Assembly: GCF_030684315.1 (NCBI RefSeq) | Contig: NC_081391.1 | Location: 13,555,342-13,619,341 of the forward strand | Direction: 5' to 3' | DNA: 64,000 bases | Origin: Stegostoma tigrinum | Lineage: Eukaryota | In this document: positions 11,276 through 22,580 of the stretch, piece by piece | Layout of the letters: every line of letters begins with the position of its first letter | How positions within the stretch are numbered: position 1 is the stretch's first letter | Made by a program: the position numbers and the translations under genes | The notes under the pieces: generated by a model | Databases searched by the model: none | Told to the model about the DNA's origin: nothing | Seen by the model: the letters and a program-made list of their open reading frames with translations, nothing else

Positions 11276-11462
11276 AGGTCAAAGGTCAGTCAGCAATTCC
11301 ATCATCGACCAGTTGTCAATTCTGATCGTTTTCTGGATCCAATTCCCATCCTGCACTGATTGGACGTGGCAGCTGATCAATTGATGAATGAGAGTGATCG
11401 GCCATCACTGATGATGTCATTTCCTGCTCAAGAAAATAAAGGGCTGCTGCTCGAGTATAAAA
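11276..11462 (+). promoter_or_regulatory. Proximal promoter of ferritin copy B
   Basis: Perfect DR1 AGGTCAAAGGTCA 11276-11288, ATTGG, ATCAATTGAT, TGATGTCA, TATAAAA from 11456. Confidence 0.75.
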
Positions 11463-11558
11463 ATTGTCCCAAGAGAGCGATGTTTATGGTGTAGTTGATC
11501 ATCTTTCTAAGTTTGTTATTTGATTTTGGAGGAAAAGGAAATCTATTTTCTTCATAAA

Positions 11559-14500
11559 ATGGCCTCCCAGATCAGTCAGAACTATCACCAGGATTGTGAA
11601 GCTGCTGTCAACAAGCAGGTTAATGTGGAGCTCACTGCCTCCTATCTCTATCAGTCTTTGGTGAGTTTTGTCTTGATGGAGTTGAAATTAAATCTATTCT
11701 GCAAAAATGAGCTGATCCTCTTGTTTCTAATTAACTTCATAGTCTTGTAGATTTGAGGAGTTTAAGTTTGCACCTTGAAAAATCATTTTGGGATAAATGT
11801 AATGCCCTTTGGTGACAATGGATTTTGATATTGATGTGCAGTATCTAATTCACCAGCTGGGATTGAGTGATAGATGGAGGGCAAATTGTTCTGTCAATTA
11901 TTTTACAATTTACTGCCAGGTCTCTGCCTGGTGGTAACTGTCGTTTTCCTCCCCAGAATTGACCAAACTTTACTAAAATTAGATGTAATGGTGTTGGGAG
12001 TTGTAGGCACCCCTTGGCTAGTCATCCTGTAACATTTTAATTTACCTTGATCACACTTAATTTGTGCTCTGATCCTAAATACACATGACAGTTTCCATTC
12101 TGTGATGGAGAATGATGGCAGTGACTGGCTTCTCTGAGCATATGCACTTGTAACTTGCATTGAGGAGGCCTCAGATGTGGACTAGTTGGCTTTCTGCATT
12201 CTCAGTTCATGAATGGACTGTTAGTGGCCAGGAAGTCACTTGTTGTCCATTCCTCCAATAGATCAATACCCTCCTGTGAGTGCATGCACAGGGTGTCTGG
12301 AATAACCTGAGGTCTTCACTTCACCAAAAAAGGTGAAGAATTGGAGTTTCAAATTCCCACGGTATGGGAAATAGTGCCTTTCTCCAGGGAGCACTGTGCC
12401 TATGGCCTCTCAAAATGGCAGGCTATAATGGTTTGTAAATGTTGAAGCAGCTTTTGAAGGCTGCTAGATACCTGGTAGATAGTGGACACTGGGAGTGCAT
12501 TCACTCACTCCCTTCAATGAGGTGGGCTGCTCTGTCCTGCATAGTGTCTACTTTGTGCATGTTGCAGCTCCACTTCTTGGGAAAAAGGGAGAATATTCAT
12601 CCCTCCATGGGGCTTATGTCTGAGAAGCATTCTCTTCCCACTCTGAGGATGAAATCCCTGTACCCTTCCCTTTAGCAGGTGGGAACAGCTATCACCAATA
12701 AGCCTGTTGGGTCTTAACTGTTAGTGGTGTCCCATATCAATTGGGCAGCATGTGCCCAAACAACCTACTATTGTATATCTGTGAGATGCAGCTACCCGAG
12801 AAAAGCCAGAGAAATTTACATGACTGTTTTTTGACAAAAGAAACTTCTCAGCCTGATCAGTTGGAACTAGATAACCTGCTCTAACAAGGTGTAGAGCTGG
12901 ATGAACACAGCAGGCCAAGCACCATCAGGGGGAGCAGGAAGGCTGATGTTTTGGGCCTGGACCCTTGAGAAATGGGGAGGGGAAGGGGTCCCTGAAATAG
13001 GAAGGGGTGGGGAGGTGAATGGATGAGGGATAAAGAAACAGGTGGTGAGGAGACTCCAGTCTGAGGTAAGGATGGAGCCAATCAAGTCAAGTGAGTTGAG
13101 TAGGCCTGTCCGTGGGGATGGGATTTGAGGTGGCGGGGGTCGGCGGGAGGTGGGGTGGTGTGGGGAAGTAGGTGGGAGGAAGGACGGACCAGTCGGGGAG
13201 GTGGGAACTAGCTGAGCTGTGATTGGGGGAAGGGAGATCTTTCAGCTTAAGTCCTCACTGATACCATTGGGCTGCAGGGTTCCCAAGCAGAATACAAGGT
13301 GCTGTTCCTGCAACCTTTGGGTGGCATTGGAGGCCCAGAATGAACATCAACTGTCCCCTCCTGCCCCTCTGAAGGGGAAGTAGTTTGTGACTGGGAGGTG
13401 CAGCTGCTGGTCACGAGCCCAGCATAGGCACTCCACAAAGTGGTGTCAAGCCTCTGCTCGGATTTCCTGATGTAGAGGAGGCCACATTAGGAGCAGTGGA
13501 TACAGCATACCTAACTGCAGGTGTGTAGGTCCACTTCATCTTGATGTGGAAGGTCTTGGGGCCTGGGATGAGGGGAGGTGTAGCACAATCTGTGTGGCAG
13601 GAAAAAAGCCCTGGCTAGTGGAATGTACAAGGGAATCAGTGGTCTCTCCAGAAGGCAGCTAAGGTTGGAGAGGTAAAACATGTCTTTGTCAGATTGTAGA
13701 TTGTATAAGTGCCAGAGGATGATGCACTGGGTCCTGGCATTGAGGTGGTACTGAAGGATGAGAGGATTCTGTTTTGGTTGTGTGAGGGATAAGATGCAAG
13801 ACCGGTTGTGTTTTTCTTCCACTAAAGGGAAGTTACGCTCCCTCGGAAAACGAGGACATCTGGGATGCCCAGGAGTAGAATGCCTCCCCTCGGGGCTGGA
13901 GGTGAAGGAATTGGATTAGGGGATGGCGTTTTCCTTCCACAGGAAGGTGGGTAAGGTGTATTCTAGGTAGCTGTAGGAGTCAGTAGGTTTGAAATATATC
14001 AAAGATTGATAGACAAACTTAAGGTTGAGGTAGAAGGCTCTAATGAATTAGAGGAACCGTTCAAGCTCCTTTGTGGGATGTAATGGAGGAAGATGTGGAG
14101 TTTATGGCCCATCTCCCTGTAGAAGGATTGTTCCACAAATCCTAACAGAAGCAGGCACAGCCTGGGCCCATGCACGTGCCTATGGCCACCCCCTTCCTCT
14201 GTAGGAGGTGGGAGGAATTGAAGGAGAAGTTAGGGGTGAGGATGAGTTGGCTAGTGGACAAGGTTGTTGGTGAATGGGGACCAGTCAGACCTGCAGGATG
14301 AGAGAAGCAGAGGGCCTTCGGCTATCTCCATGGGGAATGGATGAGGTTGGAGGCTGTGGGTGGGAGGTCATCTCCAGTGAAGTTGTAAATGGACTAGGAG
14401 ATGGTTTGGTGGTCAGGGGTGGAGTCATGATGAAGGGCGGGGTGGTAGGAGGTATCGGCTGCTCTTCCACACAAGTATATGTGGCACTCCAGCTCCTGGC

Positions 14501-16131
14501 ATTTCCTTAAACCCTGTTCAGTCACGAACTTCATCCAATTCTGATGGTGCTTAGAGTGGAAATGCTCTTCTCTCTACAGACAAGAACAGGCATGGTCAAT
14601 TCACAGGTTTTGGTCAAGGAATTTCAAGTTTGCCTGGTTACCAGGAGGAGGCGAGGGTTGTTTTTGATGATCCTTGAACTGGAGCTACTGGCTAATTGGA
14701 CAATGGTTCTCATCCACCTTGATGTATTTAAAAAAACATGTCATGTTTATTGACTTCTCAATTTGATTGAAGGCTAAACCAGTCATGTCTGGCACCAATT
14801 GCATAATGTTTAATGGTTGTAACTTGTTTTCTCCCAGATGTCCTACTTTGACCGGGATGATGTTGCCCTCCCCCATGTCTCCCAGTTCTTCCAAGATCAG
14901 TCCCAGGAGAAGCAGGAACATGCAGAGAAGCTGCTGAAATTCCAGAATCGGCGTGGAGGCAGAGTCCTCCTCCAGGATGTGAAGGCTGGTGTTGGGTTTT
15001 TGGGGTGGGGGGAGTTGGGTGGTAGAGAGTGGCTGCTCCTCAGGGATGGCACAGTGACTCGGTGTTTACCATGCCTGCCTCAGTGCCAGGGATCCAAGTT
15101 TGGTTCTTGGTTCTAGGCTCCAGTGAACGACTGGAGTTTACTTGTTCTTGCCATGTCCACATTGGCTTCACGGTTCAATGACGTGTGGGTTAGAAGGATT
15201 GCCATTGAAAATGCAGGGTTACAGGAATAAGGTGGGATTGTTCACAGAAGGGACTTGTAGCGACGAACGCAGTGGCCGTACCTGCTGATCGGGGATGAAT
15301 AAAACGATGTAGTGACCTTTGTTATTGTCACCATGTGTCAAATAGCCTGTTCCCATGCTGCAGAGATTCTGAAGCTTACCTGTCCTTCTCTCCATCCCCA
15401 GAAGCCAGAGAGGGCTGAGTGGGGTAACAGCCTGCAGGCAATGCAGGTTGCCCTGGATCTGGAGAAGAATGTGAACCAGAGTTTGCTGGATCTACACCAA
15501 CTCGCCACAGCCCAGACTGACCCTCATGTGAGCTTTCCCACCTCCTCGTTCTGATCACTGCTAGGCCCTCAGGGCAACACCTCATTGGTCTTTTGTAGAT
15601 TAAAATTCACTGGGATACTTTGATCACAATATCATATCTGAACAGTATGTTCATTTAATCAACATTAAAACAGCTCAGCAATGAGCTGAAATGGGAATTT
15701 GGATTCAGTACCACGAGTGATGTTGGCCACTGAATTCACTTTCAGGTCCACTTGCAGTAGAATGATCATTGTCTGTCACAGTTCAGCTCGGCTCCACTTC
15801 ACAAACAACAAGGTGCATCTGGAATGTTACTGTCCTCCCTGGCGCAACATCTAGATGTCAGTGGCTTTTCCAGCTGTCGAGAGCCAGTTATGGTGGGGTC
15901 TGTTTCGCAGTGGGAATTCTGAAAATTTCCTGGATCATGCAAATGTACCAAGTTGCCATAATTCCTCTGTTGCAGCTGTGTGACTTCCTGGAGACCCACT
16001 ATTTGGATGAGGAGGTGGAGATCATCAAGCAACTTGGGGACTACATCACCAACCTGAAGCGCCTGGGAGCCCCTGAGAATGGGATGGGAGAGTACCTGTT
16101 TGACAGGCTCTCCCTGGAGGACAGCAGTTAG
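11559..16131 (+). CDS. Ferritin subunit, L/M-chain-like, copy B (176 aa if the GC donor of intron 2 is used)
   Basis: Exons 11559-11660, 14838-14984, 15402-15527, 15976-16131. The intron 2 donor is AAG|GCTGGT, where other copies have GTTGG. The terminal poly(A) signal is AGTAAA at 16259-16264. Confidence 0.7.
12870..14460 (-). mobile_element. Penelope-like retroelement fragment (RT plus GIY-YIG endonuclease, decayed) in intron 1 of copy B
   Basis: Minus-strand remnants [15 protein letters not shown] (PLE RT motif QxxGxAMG), CGLLYI (YIG) and [17 protein letters not shown] (GIY-YIG C-terminus). It ends in the same inverted terminal arms as the mini-elements. Confidence 0.85.
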
Positions 16132-17720
16132 TGTGGCCTGGAGTACTGTCTGCTTGGTCTGAATGCATTCCCCACTTCACCCTGGGCAATCTGTCTCCTT
16201 CCAGGGAGAAGGGACTTGTAGCAAAGAATGTAATGGCTGTACCAGCTGAATGCAAATGAGTAAAATGATGTGTTTATCTTGGTTCTTGTCCATCATTCAG
16301 ACAGCTGGACGCTGCAGGTTCTCACCAATAGGCCTATGGGAAGAGATATCAGGCTCTGCTTTCTGCCCAGGTGCAGGAAACAGCTCAGCTGGGACTGAGA
16401 TGAGTTCAACCTGACTCGTATCCTCCCAATGGGCCCTGACATGACCAGCATATTCTGTTTTACATTTGCTGCCTTTATCTCATGTGGACACAGCCTAAAG
16501 TTACTGGGAGCCGGTGAAGGTTCAAACCAAGGCCAGTACTGGTGGGCTGAGACCTACCCTGCCTTGTTACAGCCTACTGTAGTTGACAGCACTGAACAGT
16601 TCATTCCTCTTGTTGTGGGAGTTAAATATGCTGCTACCCTGAAGGGATCTTGGTGTAATTACCCTTAGCCTCGAGTCAATTCTCCTAGGAGCATTCTGAA
16701 GCTGGCCTAATGTGGCTTTTGTCAGTTTACTTTCTCTGACCTGTTCCAACACCTTCATTGCTTTTCTCACCCCTCCCACCACCCCACTCCTAGCAATAAA
16801 CTTCCACCCTGCCAGTCTACAGCTGGGAAAATTCAGCCCCAACATTGACAGCACCCATATTCCATGGAGTTAGCTCAGGAAATTATCTTGAACTGTTACA
16901 TGCTCATGTATGAGCTCAATACCACTTCGAGCACCATCACTGTGTCTTTTGGAGTAACACAGCAACACTCGTGGTTCAATGCTGCCATTTGATTGGCTCT
17001 TGCTGCTAAAGCCAGCATTGAGCACACTAAGCTGCTCCCTTGGTTCCTCTGTGCTTCACACACGCTGAGGGTTACTCCTGATGAAGGTAGATTTCACCCA
17101 ATCACATTGAAGCATCAGTGCGACTTGGAGAGGAGACCGTGAGATGCTGACTTTCCTGTACGACTGCTTCTTCTATCTTTTTGAGGTGTCAGAGAGATGA
17201 TGGGTTGAGGAGGGGGTGATCAGAGCCAGCCTGGGGATTGTTCCAGGGAGTTGTGTAGCGAGTGCACACTGCAGCTTTCACTGAAGGTGTGGGTCGTTCA
17301 GGCACTGAATGTATTTGTTCCACTACAAGAAGTGTTTTATTTCAAATAATCTTGAGTCTTGGCTGTAGAATCTGTGAATCCGTGCAGTGCAGGAAGAGAT
17401 TGTTCAGCCCATTTAGTCTGCACTGATCCTCTGTCCTCTGAACAGCATCTTGTTCAGACACACCCTGTCTTCTTGCCCCCATCTTTCTATCCCACAGCCA
17501 TTGCAAAGTAAACTGCATGTCTCTGGACTGTGGGAGGAAAGGAACCCACACAGACACGGGGACGATGTACAGCCTCGTCAGAGTCGCCCATGACTGGAAT
17601 TACATGTGGGTCCCGGGCACTATGCAGCAGCAGTGCTCATCAGTAAGATACCATGCCCCCGAAAGGAACAAAAACAGGAGCAGGTGGTGAGGAAAGTAAA
17701 GCAAGCTTTTCCTTTATAAG

Positions 17721-20700
17721 ATGAGTTCCCAGATCAGTCAGAACTGTCACCAGGATTGTGAAGCTGCTGTCAAAAGGCAGATTAATGTGGAGCTCACTGC
17801 CTCCGATCTCAATCACTCTTTGGTGAGTGCTGTCCCTGTGGGGTTAAAACTTGATCTATGTAGTTGAAGTAAATGTTTTCTCTTGAATTTAATTAACTGG
17901 ACCCTCTCTCTTTGTAGATTGAGTTTTGTAGTCCTTTCCTAAATATTAATTCAGGATAAGGGCAATGTTACTATACCAATGGGGTTTGATAATGATGTAC
18001 TCTGAAGCTGGGTCCCAGTTGGCCTTCAGAGATATGTGGAGGATGAAGTGTCCCTGGAGAAATTTGCCAGTTTGGTGTTTGAATTGGCAGTAGATGTCAT
18101 TCCCTCTAAGATTACCAAATGTTGGTAGGGTTACTTCAGAAAGGTATTATATTGATCAGACTGTGGGACTAGAATCACCCACTGGCTAGTTACCCTCTTT
18201 CTGACAGGTTTAAGTATCTGATTTTATATTTGCTTGCTTTTGTGGTGATACTTAAATATCAATTCTGATATTGACAATGATAATTCCCTATTGCAGTCTG
18301 CTGTGGCTAATCTGAGCAAACCTACTTGAGGTTAGGCTGTGAGTGACTGGTATCTGACTTTTTAAAGTAGATCTCAGCTGAGGCCTGCTTGGCATTTTGC
18401 ACTCCCATCATGAGATGGGTGTGGCCTATCCCTGAACCTGTAGAAAGTTGATCTGCTTTAGTGTGTGGCGTGTTGAAGCTTCTGCAAACCATGTTTGCCT
18501 CCTGCCCCCTCACCCACACCCTGCATCCCCTCTAGCTGCTGGAGTCTGAGATTCATGGTCCAGTCTCTATGCCATCCTGATAGGGAACAAACTGTCCCCT
18601 TTAGCCAGGTGGCAGTGAACCTGTAACTTTCCAATGGGTAGAATGTTTCAGACAGTAGGAACAGCAGATGCTGGAGAATCTGAGATAACAAGGTGTAGAG
18701 CTGAATGAACACAGCAGGCCAAGCAGCATCAGAGGAGCAGGAAGGCTGATGTCTTGGGGCATGACCCTTCTGAAGGTGGGCCTAGGCCCAAAACAGCAGC
18801 CTTCCTGCTCCTCTGCTTGGCCTGATGTGTTCATCCAGCTCTACATCATCGTATCTCAAGGGGTAGAATGTGTTTGGAAGGTGTGTGTTGAAGTAACCTT
18901 GGTGAGTGCTGCAGGGGACCTGGTAGATAATGGACCCTGAAAGGAGGTGGTGAATGCAGTCCCCATGAAGTGGGCTGCTCTGTCCTGGATGGTGTCTGCA
19001 TCTTGAATGTTGCAGCTCCACTTCCACAGACACATGGAGAATCTTCTTCACTCTCAGCTTTTGTCTGTTAGAAAGAAGATGTCTCATGACAGATGGATGA
19101 AGCCCGTATAAACTCCATTTGGGAGGTGGGTACAGCTTTCATTGGTGAGCCAGTTGACGGGTTTTAATTACTGACCAGGGTCCCATTTCCCTTGGGGAAC
19201 ACGTGTGCCAATTATAAAATCCTTCCTATTCTCTCCTGCCACAGCTTGTCCCTACCCCGTTAAACAGACAAGAAATTTTGTTTGACTGCTTCTACATGAA
19301 GACAATAACTTCCCACCAGGCTTCCTCGACAACAAAACTCTTAGCTCCTGTTTCAAATATCAGAAGAATAGCCCTTCATAAACCTCAAGGCATTGGATTG
19401 TGAATATCTCGGTTCGGAAGTGAGTCACATATGGGTGGACAAACAACAGAACGGTGCCAGCTGGGATAAGCCAAACTTTGTTGTCCAGCTTTGTGTTAAC
19501 TAGTGACGTTAGATCAGCCATTATCTGTAGATACAGGTCACATTGGTTCTTTCTCTCCAATATTTGACCTTCCCTCAGTTTGATTCAATTTGTTTTGTTC
19601 ATGTGACCCTTGTTCTCCCCCTTCTGGATGTGAGTGCACTAATTTTAGTGTGCTATAAACTAAACTGCAACAATCCAGAGGCAGTTACTGGGTAGGTTTT
19701 CCTTTGCACTATCTTGTTGTCGCTTTCTCTCATTCGCCTCTATTATATCTTGTAGTCATAAAATATACCGTACATTCAATCTCCCTGGTTTTGAGGCCAC
19801 AGAAACCTTGCTTCCTCCTGGTTATATTGTTACAGCAGTGTCTAACATGTATTTCCATGCCAGCCCCAAAGGAGCAATAGTGTTACAGCTCCCTACTCAA
19901 GTATAGCCTGCACTCCAGCTCCTGGTGCTTGTTTCAGCTGTTTGTTTGGCACTAATATTGTCCAATTCGAATGAAGGTTAGTGAGTGCAAACATGGCTGG
20001 ATACAAGAAGAGCTATAATGCTGTGCCAGGCAGCCTGAGCAATTTACTGTTTGTTTTAAGCCAAACTTTTGCCAGTTTCCAACAGGAAATTGGGATTGTT
20101 CTGTTTGATCCCAGTTGAAGGATCTGCTGGACAGCTGGACATCATTGGGTTCTCAAACATGTTCACATACCAGGCAGTTGGTTTGCTGCAGAAGGCTGAA
20201 CTAGAATTTGGAGTCAGTGCTGTGTTTAATGGGCTTTAACATGTTATCTCCCTTCCAGATGTCCTACTTTGACCGGGATGATGTGGCCCTCCCCCACTTC
20301 TCCAGGTTCTTCAAAGATCAGTCCCGGGAGAAGCAGGAACATGCAGAGAAGCTGCTGAAATTCCAGAATCAGCGTGGAGGCCGAGTCCTCCTCCAGGATG
20401 TGAAGGTTGGAGTTGTGTGGGAGGGTTGCAGCTGTGGAGGAGAGAATGGCAGCTCTTGTGGTGCTGCGTCCTGTTGGGATGTGAAAATCCTATTTTGGCC
20501 TGGCTTCCCTGTTTGATTTCTTTTGAAGGCAGTTTCTAAACAAGCCCTATTGTCCACCATGTCTATGCTGCCCACAAACATCAAACTACATTAACACAAT
20601 TTCCTGCACTTAGTCCACAGCCGACTATCTTCTGGCATGAAGAAGTTGTTGAGATTAGCCTTCAATGTTGCTGGAGTAACTGCCTCCACTGACCCCACAG

Positions 20701-22449
20701 GTAATGCATCCCATACCTCTCCCACCCTCGACTGGGTGGGTGGGTCCTCCAATCTCCTCAAACCTGTGCCATCTGGTCTTCATGTCTGCCATGGGGACTG
20801 TGTATTGTCCATCCTCCCTGATCTTCCACACTTCCATCAGATCACCATCCCAGGCTATCCAACCTCCCTCTCATCATTGTATTTTTGTTGTCTTTTTTTG
20901 CTTCCATCTTGGGCCAACATCCTGATGACCCTCACCTGTACCCCCTGCAGTGCCACCTTGTCCCTCTGATGGTGGTTCTGGTCACCACACTACATTCCAT
21001 CTTTGGTCTGGCCAATGCTGCCATGTTTGTGGCAAGACTCATCCTTTCTACTGAGCCCCAAATCATGGAGACCAGCATCATGTCAGCCCCTTCCCCACTC
21101 TGTCTACCTTTGCTGAACCTTGAGGGATGGACTTGGGCATTTGTTGCTTGTCCCTTTTACTGTAAGCACATTGCTCCCTTCAATGAATTAAATAGTAGTG
21201 ATGTCTGATCATCCTGCTCAGACATGGATGAAGCCACCAGCACAGGTGAGACATAGATGCCTGGCCTGCAAGGTGCAGATTGGTACTCTACCTCAAGAGC
21301 CCTTGAGACTAAGGTGTCAATGTCCTCATCTAAATGCCAAATGGGCACTGGTGCAAACAGTTGAACTTTGTGTGAAATAAATCCCTAGCCCACAATGACT
21401 TCATGCTTCAGATCAAGGATAAATGGAGCAAAGTGAAGTCACTTCACAAGTAATGAATGTGGGTTTTAGGGGTGGCACAGTTGCTCAGTGCCAGGGACAC
21501 AGGTTTAGCTCTGGCCTCTGATGACTGGTGATTACATGTTCAGGTTTCTTCCTACAGTCCAAATATGGGCAGGCTGGGTGAAGTAGCCATGGGGGAATTG
21601 CAGTGCAAATGGCTCAGGTAAATCTGAGATCTTCTTCAGAAGGTTGATTGCAGACTCAATGGGCTGAATGGCCTGCTCCCATGCTGCGGCGAGTCTCTGA
21701 TTCTGAAGCTTAACTGTTCCTGTTTCCATCCTCAGAAGCCTGAGAGGGATGAGTTGGGTAACAGTCTGCAGGCAATGCAGGTTGCCCTGGATGTGGAGAA
21801 GAATGTGAACCAGAGTTTGCTGGATCTACACCAACTCGCCACAGCCCAGACTGACCCTCATGCAAGCTTCACCTCTTCATTCTCATCACTGCCAGGCCTC
21901 CTCAACTTCATTGGTTGGTCTTTGTGGAGTGGAAATTCACAGACGTAACTTTGTCCAGATGCTACATTGTACCTTTGTCATCATAATTATGATGACAATG
22001 TTAAACTGCTCAACACCGAACTGAAATAGGAATTTGGATTACAGTCTGGTGGGAATGCTGATGTGATTTTTGGCTGCTGAATTGGGGATTGTTGCACTAT
22101 ACAATACAACTTGGAGCTCTTTAAGAAGGTGAGATGAAGCAGCTGAAATGTGCTCACTGGCACAAATTCTCCACCTGTTAGCTAGATTTTCAGGGCTGTC
22201 TAGAGCTCGTTATGGCTCAGTCTTTTTCAGTAGGAATTGTGAAGTTGTCTTGGATAGTATAAATGTACCAAGTGTCATATTCCTCTGTTGCAGCTGTGTG
22301 ACTTCCTGGAGACTCACTATTTGGATGAGGAGGTGGAGATCATCAAGCAACTCGGGGACTACATCACCAACCTGAAGCGCCTGGGAGCCCCTGAGAATGG
22401 GATGGGAGAGTACCTGTTTGACAGGCTCTCCCTGGAGGACAGCAGTTAG
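17721..22449 (+). pseudogene. Ferritin copy C, probable pseudogene (promoter deleted)
   Basis: Exons 17721-17822, 20259-20405, 21736-21861, 22294-22449. No DR1/CCAAT/TATA block upstream. Exon 1 encodes [34 protein letters not shown] (Y to C, D and N changes). W to L in exon 3, and the intron 3 donor is CAT|GCAAGC. Confidence 0.8.
18647..18856. mobile_element. Palindromic Penelope-derived mini-element in intron 1 of copy C
   Basis: Same inverted arms, flanked by caatgggtagaatgt and caaggggtagaatgt (about 15-bp duplication). Absent from the other units. Confidence 0.8.
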
Positions 22450-22574
22450 TGTGGCCTGGAGTACTGTCTGCTTGTTCTGAATGCATTCCCCACTTCACCC
22501 TGGGCAACCCGTCTCCTTCCAGGGAGAAGAGGCTTGTAGCAAAGAATAATGGCTGTACCAGCTGAATGCAAATG

Positions 22575-22580
22575 AATAAA
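22575..22580 (+). terminator. Polyadenylation signal AATAAA (copy C)
   Basis: About 125 nt after the stop codon. Equivalents at 29646, 38337, 46939, 54029 and 62524; variant AATGAA in A (6264) and AGTAAA in B (16259). Confidence 0.7.
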
